A DNA stretch of 64,000 nt from an archaeon. GTDB lineage: Archaea > Nanobdellota > Nanobdellia > Woesearchaeales > GW2011-AR15. The stretch spans positions 2,356 through 66,355 of the forward strand of contig JAZDLQ010000098.1 in assembly GCA_043801855.1 (NCBI GenBank), in the 5' to 3' direction. Below are positions 1-9,099 of this stretch, one piece after another. The stretch's first letter is position 1. Every line of letters begins with the position of its first letter. The position numbers and the translations under genes were made by a program. The notes under the pieces are model-generated. The model did not search any database. It was not told the origin of the DNA and saw nothing but the letters and a program-made list of their open reading frames with translations.

Positions 1-110
1 AAAACCTATTACCAAAAGACCATCCTGTAGCTGAGTTTGAATTAATCGCAAAAAAAATTACAGCAAGAGAATTTTGCAATATACATGGGCTTTGGAAAAA
101 AGACCTATAA
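1..110 (+). CDS. Superoxide reductase (neelaredoxin/desulfoferrodoxin type), 3' end only; gene begins upstream of the window
   Basis: Frame from nt 3 reads NLLPKDHPVAEFELIAKKITAREFCNIHGLWKKDL* (stop 108-110). The C-N-[IL]-H-G-L-W ending is the Cys/His iron-ligand motif of SOR C-termini. Context is an O2-detox cluster. Confidence 0.55.
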   Translation, partial: NLLPKDHPVAEFELIAKKITAREFCNIHGLWKKDL

Positions 111-203
111 AGATATAATAAATTTTTTTCTTTAATTAATTTAAAAAAAACTAAAGAATATTATTAAAAAATATAAGTAAAAAACTTAGATGAGGCAAAA
201 AAA

Positions 204-695
204 ATGAAACTAAATGAAAAAATGGAAAAAGCATTGAATGAACAGATAAATAAAGAGCTATTCTCAGAATACTTATACCTTTCAATGGCAGCGCACTTTG
301 AAGGGCAGGCTTTAAAGGGATTTTCGCACTGGATGAAAAAACAGGCAAATGAAGAGCACACACATGCAATGAAGTTATTTGATTATATGCTTGAAAGAGG
401 CGGAAATATTAAGCTTACAGCAATTGACTCCCCAAAAGCAGAATGGAAAACACCATTGAATGCTTTTGAAGAAGCTTATGCGCACGAAAAATTCATTACT
501 GAATCAATCAATAAGGTAGTTGATGCTGCAAATGAAAATAAAGATAAGGCAACAGCTGTTTTCCTAAACTGGTTTGTATCTGAACAGGTTGAAGAAGAAG
601 CAAATGCAGATGAGATTGTCCAGAAACTAAAGATGGTTGGCCCAAGCACAGGCGGATTATTTGCTCTTGACCATCAACTTGGAAAAAGAGAGTAA
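204..695 (+). CDS. ftn: Ferritin
   Basis: 163 aa. Shows the ferritin four-helix pattern 'LNEQINKELFSEYLYLSMA', 'ANEEHTHAMKLFDY' and 'AYAHEKFIT' with ferroxidase Glu/His positions. Confidence 0.85.
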   Translation: MKLNEKMEKALNEQINKELFSEYLYLSMAAHFEGQALKGFSHWMKKQANEEHTHAMKLFDYMLERGGNIKLTAIDSPKAEWKTPLNAFEEAYAHEKFITESINKVVDAANENKDKATAVFLNWFVSEQVEEEANADEIVQKLKMVGPSTGGLFALDHQLGKRE

Positions 696-754
696 ATCTT
701 TTTTTTTCATTTTATATTTCAATTTAAAGATAAAAATTAAAAAAGAGCAAAACA

Positions 755-1951
755 ATGGAAATTACAAAAAATGTATTTGCTGTAGGAGCACTTGATAGGG
801 ATAGAATGCTATTTGATGAGCTTATCCCTCTGCCTGATGGCACAAGCTATAATTCATACCTTATCAGGGGAAGTGATAAAACCGCATTAATAGATACAGT
901 TGATCCTTCAAAATATCATGATCTTTTATATAACCTAAAAAAACTCGGAATTAAAAAAATAGATTATATCATCGCAAACCATGCTGAGCAGGACCACTCA
1001 GGAAGCATACCAAATATATTAAAAGATTTTCCTGATGCAAAAATTGTGACAAATGCAATGTGCAAAGAAATGCTTTTTGATTATCTTGAGATTCCTGATG
1101 AAAAATTTATTGTTGTAAAAGAAGGCGAGAAACTTTCTCTTGGCACAAAGGCCTTGCAGTTTATAATGACTCCCTGGGTGCACTGGCCTGAAACCATGGT
1201 CACTTATCTTGAAGAAGATAAAATCCTTTTTTCATGCGATTTTTTTGGAAGCCATAATACAAATAATCAAATTGCAAAAGAAGACAAAAGGCAGTATGAT
1301 GCTGCAAAGAGGTATTACGCTGAAATAATGATGCCTTTTAGGCTACCTATAAAAAAAAACATGGAAAAAATATCTAAACTTGAGATTTTATTTATTGCAC
1401 CATCACATGGCCCGGTATATAGTAATCCTGGGTTTATCATTAATAATTACAATGACTGGATATCAGAAAACACAAAAGATGAGATAGTTATTGCTTATGT
1501 TTCAATGCATGACAGCACAAAACTATTGGCAGAAAGCTTAGGAAAAAGCTTATCAGATAAAAAAAGAAAAGTAATAATTTTTAACATAACCAAATCAGAC
1601 ATTGGCGAAATCGCTATGGCACTTGTTGATGCAACAACAGTTATAATTGCATCCCCTACTTTAGTTGGCGGCCCTCACCCTGCAGCACTAAACCTTGCGT
1701 ATATTGTAAATATATTAAAGCCAAAAACAAAATATGCAGCAATTCTTGGGTCTTACGGCTGGGCGCAAGGAATTAACCCAAAATTAATTGAAATAATGCC
1801 AAACCTAAAAGCTGAATTAATCGATACAATAACAATCAAAGGAATCCCAAAAAAAGATGATTATGCAAGGCTTGAAGCTTTAGCTGAAAAAATAAATAAA
1901 AAGCATACCATATTATTTGATGGAGGAAATCAAAATGACAAACGAAATTAA
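755..1951 (+). CDS. fprA: Flavodiiron protein (A-type flavoprotein, O2/NO reductase)
   Basis: 398 aa. N-terminal metallo-beta-lactamase-like domain with 'ANHAEQDHSGS' (H-x-E-x-D-H di-iron motif), followed by a C-terminal flavodoxin-like domain. Confidence 0.8.
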   Translation: MEITKNVFAVGALDRDRMLFDELIPLPDGTSYNSYLIRGSDKTALIDTVDPSKYHDLLYNLKKLGIKKIDYIIANHAEQDHSGSIPNILKDFPDAKIVTNAMCKEMLFDYLEIPDEKFIVVKEGEKLSLGTKALQFIMTPWVHWPETMVTYLEEDKILFSCDFFGSHNTNNQIAKEDKRQYDAAKRYYAEIMMPFRLPIKKNMEKISKLEILFIAPSHGPVYSNPGFIINNYNDWISENTKDEIVIAYVSMHDSTKLLAESLGKSLSDKKRKVIIFNITKSDIGEIAMALVDATTVIIASPTLVGGPHPAALNLAYIVNILKPKTKYAAILGSYGWAQGINPKLIEIMPNLKAELIDTITIKGIPKKDDYARLEALAEKINKKHTILFDGGNQNDKRN

Positions 1952-2207
1952 AAATAAAACAAGTGGAAAACATGACATTAAAATATACTCAACTCCAACT
2001 TGCCCATGGTGCATCAGGGTTAAGTCATACCTAAAAGACAATAAAGTTGAATTTAAAGACTACAATGTTGCAACAGATGAAACTGCAAGAGAAGAGATGA
2101 TGCAAAAGTCAGGCCAGATAGGAGTTCCAGTAATTGATATTGACGGGACAATTATTATCGGCTTTGACAAGCATGAAATAGACCATAAGCTTTCGCTTAG
2201 CCATTAA
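1935..2207 (+). CDS. Glutaredoxin-like small redox protein
   Basis: 'YSTPTCPWCIRVKSYL' CPWC active site and Grx fold length. ATG 1935 is preceded by GGAGG (1922-1926). The ORF-track start 1917 is probably an over-extension. Confidence 0.75.
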   Translation: MTNEIKNKTSGKHDIKIYSTPTCPWCIRVKSYLKDNKVEFKDYNVATDETAREEMMQKSGQIGVPVIDIDGTIIIGFDKHEIDHKLSLSH

Positions 2208-2252
2208 TTTTTTTTATATTTTTTTAATATATTTATAAAAGGTAAAAACAAA

Positions 2253-3161
2253 ATGCTCTATGACACAATAATTATAGGTGGTGGAATTACTGGCCTTTCT
2301 GCTGCAATTTATGCATCAAGAAAAAAGATGAAATTTGCGATAATTGCAAAAGAATTTGGCGGGCAATTTTTTTCAAGCGGAGAGGTTTTGAATTACCCTG
2401 GAATTATTGAGACAACAGGTGTTGAATTTTCCAAAGTAATGGAAGAGCAGATGAAATTCAACGGTGTAAATGTCATTGAAGAGACTGTATCTGAAATTAA
2501 AAGAAAAAAAAAGGATTTTACAGTTATCACAGATAAAAAAAAGTATGATACAAAATCTATAATTATTGCAACAGGCAGTAAGCCAAGAAAGCTTAATGTT
2601 CCTGGTGAAATTGAGTTTGCAAATAAAGGGGTTGCCTATTGCTCTATCTGCGACGGGCCTATTTTTACAGGAAAAGAGGTTGCAATAATTGGCAGTGGCA
2701 ATTCCGCACTTGAAGCAGTTGACTTTATGAAAGACATTGCAAAAAAGATCTATATGATTGTTTTAGAAGAAAAATTTAACGGCCATAAATACTTAATTGA
2801 AAAAGTTGTAAACAACACTAAAGTTAAAGTGATATTTGGCGCAAAGACAAAAAAAATCATTGGCGAAAAATTTGTAAGCAGTATAAAATATGAAAAAAAA
2901 GGAAAAGAGCATACGTTAGATGTTGGTGGAGTAATTGTTGAAATTGGAAGGCTTCCTAATACCGAGATTTTCAAAGATCTGGTTGAACTAGAAGGCTGCG
3001 GCCATATAAAAATAGACTGCCACACAAATACTAGTGTTCCAGGGATATTTGCAGCAGGAGACTGCGCATCAGGCCATGAATACCAATATATCATCGCTGC
3101 AGGCCAGGGAGTTATGGCACTGATAAAAGCCGCAAAATACCTTGCTGCAAGAAAAGACTAA
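2253..3161 (+). CDS. trxB: Thioredoxin reductase-like flavoprotein (low-Mr TrxR family)
   Basis: 'IIGGGITGLSAA' FAD motif, 'CSICDG' redox CxxC, 'GSGNSALEA' second dinucleotide fold and 'AAGDCA'. The HRRxxxR NADPH motif is not present (see findings). Confidence 0.8.
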   Translation: MLYDTIIIGGGITGLSAAIYASRKKMKFAIIAKEFGGQFFSSGEVLNYPGIIETTGVEFSKVMEEQMKFNGVNVIEETVSEIKRKKKDFTVITDKKKYDTKSIIIATGSKPRKLNVPGEIEFANKGVAYCSICDGPIFTGKEVAIIGSGNSALEAVDFMKDIAKKIYMIVLEEKFNGHKYLIEKVVNNTKVKVIFGAKTKKIIGEKFVSSIKYEKKGKEHTLDVGGVIVEIGRLPNTEIFKDLVELEGCGHIKIDCHTNTSVPGIFAAGDCASGHEYQYIIAAGQGVMALIKAAKYLAARKD

Positions 3162-3173
3162 AATTGAAGGCTA

Positions 3174-3722
3174 ATGAAACTTGATGAATTGACAAGTTCT
3201 GAACTTATCAGCGCGCTGAATGACAAATCCAAAGCAGAAGAACTTCTTACTTCTTATAAAGAGACATGGAATCGCCTGATGTCAGAAAAGAACGCGCTAG
3301 GCGAAAGGATAAAACTAAGCGGAATTGACCTTCAGGGAAAAGACTTAACAGGGCTTGATTTTTCTGCTGCAGATATAGATGATTCTGATTTTTCAGGCTC
3401 AGACCTGTCTGATGCAGTCTTTTCAGGAGCTACAATTTTAGAGTCACGGTTTGCACAGAGCAAATTCTACAGGACAGAATTCGACAGAACAAAAATATCC
3501 AGGACAGACATGGCGTATACTTCATTTAAGGAAAGTTCTATAGGCAATGCATACATGACCGGAAGCGTAAACCTGTTTGGCGCGTATGTAACAGGACATC
3601 ATGATGCTGCCGGAACAGAATATAAAACCCACCCAAGCATCACAGTTAAAGGATACAGCGAAGCGCTTGCCTATGAAGAGAAAATGGAAAAATGGGAAGA
3701 GGATGAACAAAATAGCTATTGA
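3174..3722 (+). CDS. Pentapeptide-repeat protein
   Basis: Run of A(D/N)LXX-type repeats: 'GKDLTGLDFSAADIDDSDFSGSDLSDAVFSGATILESRFAQSKFYRTEFDRTKISRTDM'. Confidence 0.7.
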   Translation: MKLDELTSSELISALNDKSKAEELLTSYKETWNRLMSEKNALGERIKLSGIDLQGKDLTGLDFSAADIDDSDFSGSDLSDAVFSGATILESRFAQSKFYRTEFDRTKISRTDMAYTSFKESSIGNAYMTGSVNLFGAYVTGHHDAAGTEYKTHPSITVKGYSEALAYEEKMEKWEEDEQNSY

Positions 3723-3739
3723 TAATAATTTGATTGTAA

Positions 3740-4015
3740 TTAATTGTAAATTAAATCGTTATTTTCTTTTTTCTTAAGCAAAGCAATCTGCTTTTTGTAA
3801 AGCCTTTGTAGCATGATAATGTGCTTAAATATTGCTGATAAAAAAAAATAGGCACTGACCAGTAAAAATATGACTATAAATATAAAAAAAGCAAAAGAGC
3901 TTCCAGAATTAGCAAGTAAAAAAGTAATAAGCAGGAATAAGATTATAGCTATTGCTGATTCAGCCAGAATCATGAATTTAAGATACTCTATTGTTTTGTC
4001 TAGTGAATCCTGCAT
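3740..4015 (-). CDS. Small membrane protein (2 predicted TM helices), unknown function
   Basis: 91 aa with hydrophobic stretches 'AIAIILFLLITFLLA' and 'FAFFIFIVIFLLVSAYFFLSAIF'. Its start overlaps the stop of the upstream ORF (TAATG at 4013-4017). Confidence 0.45.
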   Translation of the reverse strand: MQDSLDKTIEYLKFMILAESAIAIILFLLITFLLANSGSSFAFFIFIVIFLLVSAYFFLSAIFKHIIMLQRLYKKQIALLKKKENNDLIYN

Positions 4016-4275
4016 TAGATTAAAGCGCCGCTTCCAGTTAGCCTTTTGAATCCCTTTATCAGATGCAATCTTGGCCTTATTTTATCATAAAGCATCTCAA
4101 CTTCAGCGGTTGTGAGTTCAACTATTCCTGATGAATCCTTTCCCCTAAAGCAAAGAGCAATAGATTCGTTTCCGGGATGCATAAAATCTTCATTTATAAG
4201 AATCTCTTGTACATCCCCACCTGATTCAACGCGCAAAAAACCATCTTTATTTTGTTTTTTAATTTTTAGTCTCAT
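4015..4275 (-). CDS. Hypothetical protein (86 aa)
   Basis: Intact ORF translationally coupled to 3740-4015. No recognisable motif. Confidence 0.4.
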   Translation of the reverse strand: MRLKIKKQNKDGFLRVESGGDVQEILINEDFMHPGNESIALCFRGKDSSGIVELTTAEVEMLYDKIRPRLHLIKGFKRLTGSGALI

Positions 4276-4342
4276 TTATAGCACCCCGCAATAGTACTGT
4301 TTAAACTAAAAAGTAGTATCTAGATAAAAAATTAGCGGTAAT

Positions 4343-4690
4343 ATAGTAAATGACATAAATACTAGGACACTTTTTTTCTATTTTGTATGTTTTTTCATAT
4401 CTATATGTCATTTACTATTTAGTACAAGCTGTCCTAACTATAGGGAGCGCACGAATAATCGTAAAAATATATATATGCGCTCCAATACATGAAAATGTTA
4501 TTGACATTTTCAGTACAAGAAAAGCTTTGCTTTTCTATGTATAGCGTGCGCATAAATAATTTCGATTTTTATATGCGCACGCTATAATAGTGCGAGTACT
4601 ATACTCAAAGCGCAAAAAAACTGAGCGCTTTTCGTAATAAGTGAAGGCGGTATTGATAATACTTATGCTCAATTATTTTGCGCCTTCACT
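4343..4690. other. Array of seven hairpins inside a 429-bp non-coding gap (candidate structured RNA, REP-like palindromes or terminator/promoter module)
   Basis: Perfect stems read directly: 4343-4357/4404-4418 (15 bp), 4444-4451/4476-4483 (8), 4490-4498/4504-4512 (9), 4518-4524/4530-4536 (7), 4540-4554/4572-4586 (15), 4607-4613/4625-4631 (7) and 4640-4649/4681-4690 (10). No ORF of 60 aa or more lies here. Confidence 0.45.
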
Positions 4691-4704
4691 ATTATAATCC
4701 AAAA

Positions 4705-6531
4705 TTAAGCCTTTCCAAGCTTTTTAGCAAGAGCCTCTGTCTCTAATATTAATTGGTTTACCTCATTTAAGCCTTCTATCCAGAATGCTTCATCTGATAT
4801 ATCAATTCCTAGTTCCAAAAATATTTCTTTTGGTGATTTGGAAGTGCCTGCTGCCAGAAATCTTTTTACATTTTTAATATAAGACTTATCTTTTTTAACT
4901 TTAGCCTGCAATGCCTTTGAAATTAAAAGCCCGCTTGCATATGAATAATTGTAGAAATAATGCCTTATATGGCTCCAGTGTATCCACCAGTTCTCACAGT
5001 TTTTTGTGTCAACGTATTTCCCAAGATATCCTGCCATATGTTTTTTGAACAAGTTGCCAATCTCAATTTTAGATAAGTAACCGTTTTCCCTAAAATTCTT
5101 GTGAAGCTCCTGCTCAAATGTATAACATGCAACCTGCCTGAATATCGTTGCAATATCCTCGTTTAATTTAATCATTAAAATAGAGAGCTTCTCTTCATCG
5201 CTTGCATCTTTTAGAAGCCTTTGCAAAACAAAATCTTCCATGAAGGTGCTTGCAACTTCTGCTGTTGAAATAGGTGTTCCGTAGTTTAAAGCATTTTGGA
5301 TTTTTGCAAGCTCATTATTAATGCCGTGGCCTGCTTCGTGCGCAATAGTTAAAACATCATGAAGCCTTCCTGTATGGTTAAGCAGAATATATGTTGGAAG
5401 TGTTAATCTCCTTGAGGCGCAAAAGGCTCCTCCGGCTTTACCTTTTTTTGGAAAAGCATAAATCTGCCCGTTATCAATAAAATCCCTAAATATATTTCCA
5501 AACTCTCTGTCAAGACCGTCAAATACTGAGTAAACAAGCTCAACTGATTTTTTAAATGGATATTTTTTTTCAATGCTTCCAATTATTACATTGCGCTCAT
5601 GATAACCTAACTTTTTTTGCTTTAAGAGTTTTGTTTTTAGAAGATAATATCTCGCTGATATATTATAAGCTGAAGTTACTGCAGCTATCAATTTATCTAC
5701 AGTCTGCGTATCTATATCGTCACCAATATGTCTTGACTTATCAGGCCGCTCTAGCCCTCTTAACTCATCATCTGTTTTTTTATCTTCAAGAACTGAATTT
5801 AATTCAGCTTCTGCAATGTCTGTTAGCTTATTGAAGATGTCATTAACATTGGCAGCTGCGTTGTCTCTTACTTTTTTATTTTGTGAGTCAAGAAGGGCAG
5901 TTAGCTCTGTAAAATTTCTTAGTTTTTTCTTCTTGTTTTCATCAATCGCATACCGTTCCTCTTTTGCAAGAAGACTGGTTGTCATTCTCACCCAGTTTGA
6001 ATAGCTTGCGCCGGATTTTAAGTTAAGTATTTTTTCTTCCGGATCTGACAGGAGGTATTTAGCTGATTCAAACGATTTTTCTAAAAAATGCCTGTACTCT
6101 TTTAATTCAGGCGCACAAAGAAATTTATCCGTCTCTTTTATTTTCGCCAGATTCAATAAAAAGAATTGAGTCTCATTGTCAAGCTTTAGCGAAAAATCAT
6201 CAATAAGATTTTCCTTTGCCTTGATTTTTGCATCGTTTTCATTTTGCGCATAGCGAAGCGAGAAATAAAATCCCTCTTTTCCGCTTGTGCCGTAGTTTCG
6301 TATTATATTTTCAAATTCATCAAGAGCCTCTTTTAATATGCTGGGATTTGTCAGGTAATCGCTTCTGTTTTTCCACTTAGCTATAAAGTCACTGTTTACT
6401 TTTGTTATAGCCTCGCGGTCTTTAGCCATATTAATATCATCATCTGAATTGTAAAGAAGCGATAAGTTCCATTCTGTGTGTTTAATATCCATGAAAAATG
6501 TAAGATTGCCTGGTTTTAAAAAACTTTCCAC
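4705..6531 (-). CDS. pepF: Oligoendopeptidase F (M3B metallopeptidase)
   Basis: 608 aa with the zinc site 'TIAHEAGHGINNE' (HExxH), and the length and architecture of PepF. The longest ORF starts with GTG at 6531. An alternative ATG lies at 6492 (MDIKHTEWNL...). Confidence 0.85.
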   Translation of the reverse strand: MESFLKPGNLTFFMDIKHTEWNLSLLYNSDDDINMAKDREAITKVNSDFIAKWKNRSDYLTNPSILKEALDEFENIIRNYGTSGKEGFYFSLRYAQNENDAKIKAKENLIDDFSLKLDNETQFFLLNLAKIKETDKFLCAPELKEYRHFLEKSFESAKYLLSDPEEKILNLKSGASYSNWVRMTTSLLAKEERYAIDENKKKKLRNFTELTALLDSQNKKVRDNAAANVNDIFNKLTDIAEAELNSVLEDKKTDDELRGLERPDKSRHIGDDIDTQTVDKLIAAVTSAYNISARYYLLKTKLLKQKKLGYHERNVIIGSIEKKYPFKKSVELVYSVFDGLDREFGNIFRDFIDNGQIYAFPKKGKAGGAFCASRRLTLPTYILLNHTGRLHDVLTIAHEAGHGINNELAKIQNALNYGTPISTAEVASTFMEDFVLQRLLKDASDEEKLSILMIKLNEDIATIFRQVACYTFEQELHKNFRENGYLSKIEIGNLFKKHMAGYLGKYVDTKNCENWWIHWSHIRHYFYNYSYASGLLISKALQAKVKKDKSYIKNVKRFLAAGTSKSPKEIFLELGIDISDEAFWIEGLNEVNQLILETEALAKKLGKA

Positions 6532-6610
6532 AAAGTGAACTTGCTAACTTATTTGAGACATTTACTTTAATGTCAAAAAGTTTATTAATGATTTAGTTTT
6601 AAAAAACACT

Positions 6611-7432
6611 ATGAAAGAATCATTTACAAAAAAATTCATGAGGTTCTATCAGGAAGCTTCGTATAAAAAACTAATTGTAATTTGGATATCAATAATTATT
6701 GTATTTGCCGTTTTATATTATTTTCTAACGTCATACTCCGTTGAATCAAGGCTTGATTACAGAGGAGAGTATGTTGAAAAAGGCTGGCATGGGTTATTGA
6801 ATTCCGTATATTTTAGCTTTATTACAACAACAACACTGGGATACGGAGATATTGCTCCTCTTGGCCTATCCAAGGTTCTTGCTATTCTTGAAGTAATAAT
6901 AGGAATTACTATGAACGGAATAATAATTGCTAAACTTGTATCAACAAAAGAAGAAGTTATCCTTGAGGAGCTCTATGACTTAACTTTTACAGAAAAGATT
7001 GACCGTCTTCGCGCCAACCTTTATTATGATAGAGTAAATATCTCAAGCTTTATTCAAAAAATCGAAGCTAATAAGATTGACAAGATAAATGATGAAGGAA
7101 TAGATATTTTGTATTTAAATTTAGAATCACATCTTCTTGACCTAAAGGACTTTTTGCAAAAGCAGACATCAGAGAGTGATTTTTTAAAAAAAATAGATAC
7201 TTACAAGACAAGGTTAATTTTAAAAAGTATTGAAATTGTTTTTGAACGATACTGTAGGCTCAAAGATCTTATATGCGGAGAAAAATTTAGTTATGCTGGA
7301 CTATGTCGTGATACGCATCTTGACCCAATAAGACACAATACACAGAAGATAATTGATATTCTAAAAATTAACCAGGATAAAAAAGTTGAAGAAGGAATAC
7401 ATAAAATAAATTTGATGCTAAAAAACTTATAA
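6611..7432 (+). CDS. Two-TM potassium channel with cytoplasmic C-terminal domain
   Basis: Selectivity filter 'TTTTLGYGD' between two hydrophobic helices, then about 160 aa of soluble C-terminus. Confidence 0.8.
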   Translation: MKESFTKKFMRFYQEASYKKLIVIWISIIIVFAVLYYFLTSYSVESRLDYRGEYVEKGWHGLLNSVYFSFITTTTLGYGDIAPLGLSKVLAILEVIIGITMNGIIIAKLVSTKEEVILEELYDLTFTEKIDRLRANLYYDRVNISSFIQKIEANKIDKINDEGIDILYLNLESHLLDLKDFLQKQTSESDFLKKIDTYKTRLILKSIEIVFERYCRLKDLICGEKFSYAGLCRDTHLDPIRHNTQKIIDILKINQDKKVEEGIHKINLMLKNL

Positions 7433-7441
7433 GGTGAAAAA

Positions 7442-7660
7442 ATGTTACAAAATATAAGTTATATTATGATTTTAGGAAAACCGGTTGTAATATGGCTTGG
7501 GTTCATTGCTTTGTTTATGTTCATTCTTGCAGCATCAACGCCAGTTCTCATGAGAAAGCACATAAAGCCGTTTAACATGGGGCTGCATAAGATTTTTGCA
7601 AAAACAGGGCTTGGAATTGCGATTGTCCATGCTACTCTAATTATCCTTGCTACTGTCTGA
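7442..7660 (+). CDS. Small membrane protein (72 aa)
   Basis: Two hydrophobic helices, 9 nt downstream of the K+ channel gene. No family recognised. Confidence 0.4.
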   Translation: MLQNISYIMILGKPVVIWLGFIALFMFILAASTPVLMRKHIKPFNMGLHKIFAKTGLGIAIVHATLIILATV

Positions 7661-7672
7661 TTTTGTTTCAGG

Positions 7673-8344
7673 ATGAGCGCGCACAATATTGATCTGATAT
7701 TTAAGATCCTTGAAAAAGAAGTAATCAATTATCATGTTCCTGTTGTTGATTTAATAAAGCTTCATTCAAATGATCCTTACAGGATTCTTGTTGCAACAAT
7801 TCTCTCTGCAAGGACAAAGGATGAAACAACTGCGCGTGCTGCAAGTAGGCTTTTTTCAAGAGCAAATAATCTTAGCAAACTTAACATGCTTAGTGAAAAA
7901 GAGATATCAAGGCTTATTTATCCTGTTGGCTTTTACAAGAATAAAGCGAAATTTTTAAAAAATCTTCCTCAGGTCATTAAACGAAAATATCATGGAAAAA
8001 TACCGGATACGATTGATAGACTGACTTCACTTCCAGGGGTTGGCAGAAAGACAGCTAATCTTGTACTCGCGCTTGCCTTTGACAAGGATGCAATATGCGT
8101 TGACACGCACGGCCATAGGATACCAAACAGGTTGGGATGGGTGAAAACTAAAACACCTTTTGAGACAGAAAAAGCGCTGACAAAACTGCTTCCAAGAAAA
8201 TACTGGATAATGTTCAACAGAATATTTGTCGCATTCGGCCAGAATACATGCAAACCGATCGGGCCCAAATGTAATGCTTGTCCAATAAACAAATATTGCA
8301 GTTATTATAAAATTAACAAAAAAGGTATAGTAAAAGATGAATAG
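7673..8344 (+). CDS. nth: Endonuclease III (HhH-GPD DNA glycosylase/AP lyase)
   Basis: 'LPGVGRKTANLVL' HhH motif, 'VDTHGHRI', and a C-terminal 4-Cys Fe-S loop 'CKPIGPKCNACPINKYC'. Confidence 0.85.
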   Translation: MSAHNIDLIFKILEKEVINYHVPVVDLIKLHSNDPYRILVATILSARTKDETTARAASRLFSRANNLSKLNMLSEKEISRLIYPVGFYKNKAKFLKNLPQVIKRKYHGKIPDTIDRLTSLPGVGRKTANLVLALAFDKDAICVDTHGHRIPNRLGWVKTKTPFETEKALTKLLPRKYWIMFNRIFVAFGQNTCKPIGPKCNACPINKYCSYYKINKKGIVKDE

Positions 8345-8975
8345 CCTAATTACAGAAGTCAAAAAGCTTCAAAAAACAGAAGTCGCAAAAAAAGTAAATT
8401 CAAGGTTAAAAGAATTTGAGAGCTATAAAAATAAGGATTCTGTTGAGTGGTTTTCTGAACTTTGCTTTTGCATATTGACAGCAAATTCAAAAGCGCGTAC
8501 AGCAATTGCAATACAGAATGAGCTTGGCTCTGAAGGCTTTTGCAGCATCTGTTTTGATGATTTATCTGCTTGCATAAGGAGAAACAAGCACCGCTTCCAT
8601 AACAACAAAGCAAAATATATCATTGAAGCAAGGGGAAACACAAATATTAAGGAAATTGTGAAGGATACTGTCCGCAAGCATTCAGAAGCGCAGGCAAGGG
8701 AATGGCTAGTTGAAAACATCAAGGGATTAGGCTACAAGGAAGCATCCCATTTCCTGAGGAATGTAGGATACAAAAACCTGGCGATCCTTGACCGGCACAT
8801 CCTTAATCTGCTTAAGGAGAACGAGTATATCAAAGAAAAACCAAAAACACTTACAAAAAAGAATTATCTTGAAATAGAAGAGGTTTTTGGCAAAGTTGCA
8901 AAGGAACTTAATATGCCAATAGCTGAACTTGACCTTTATATGTGGTATATGAAAGCAGGGGATGTGCTAAAGTAA
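8337..8975 (+). CDS. ogg: 8-oxoguanine DNA glycosylase/AP lyase, Ogg2 (archaeal) type
   Basis: 'GLGYKEASHFLRNVGY' and 'AILDRHIL' (catalytic Lys/Asp context of Ogg2). Overlaps nth by 8 nt. Confidence 0.75.
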   Translation: MNSLITEVKKLQKTEVAKKVNSRLKEFESYKNKDSVEWFSELCFCILTANSKARTAIAIQNELGSEGFCSICFDDLSACIRRNKHRFHNNKAKYIIEARGNTNIKEIVKDTVRKHSEAQAREWLVENIKGLGYKEASHFLRNVGYKNLAILDRHILNLLKENEYIKEKPKTLTKKNYLEIEEVFGKVAKELNMPIAELDLYMWYMKAGDVLK

Positions 8976-9005
8976 ATTATGTGAAATTATTTATTATGTG
9001 AAATT
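8976..9005. repeat. 13-bp direct repeat x2 (ATTATGTGAAATT), period 17
   Basis: Copies at 8976-8988 and 8993-9005, immediately after the ogg stop codon. Confidence 0.5.
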
Positions 9006-9068
9006 TTAGAAAATGAAATGGTAAATAAGATTTATGCTATATTCTTTTTCCGTGTTTTTAAGAGTAGC

Positions 9069-9077
9069 TTTTATATA
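9069..9077 (+). promoter_or_regulatory. TATA-like box (TTTTATATA) about 27 nt upstream of ATG 9100
   Basis: The spacing fits an archaeal promoter driving a leaderless or short-leader mRNA. No SD lies in between. Confidence 0.35.
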
Positions 9078-9099
9078 ATAAGCCTTTTTTTCTTATGGG

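Noticed and set aside
4291-4602. 8-bp long-range complement (ATAGTACT 4291-4298 / AGTACTAT 4595-4602) that could close the hairpin array into one large RNA domain.
   Set aside because: An AT-rich 8-mer match over 300 nt is plausible by chance. It is noted only as something a covariation analysis could test.
4276-4704. SRP RNA, RNase P RNA or a replication origin with ORB repeats.
   Set aside because: There is no GAGGAAAGTCC-like RNase P motif and no recognisable SRP helix-8 or Alu-domain motif. There is no ORB-like TCCAGTGGAAAC element and no orc1/cdc6 neighbour. It is kept only as an unclassified hairpin array.
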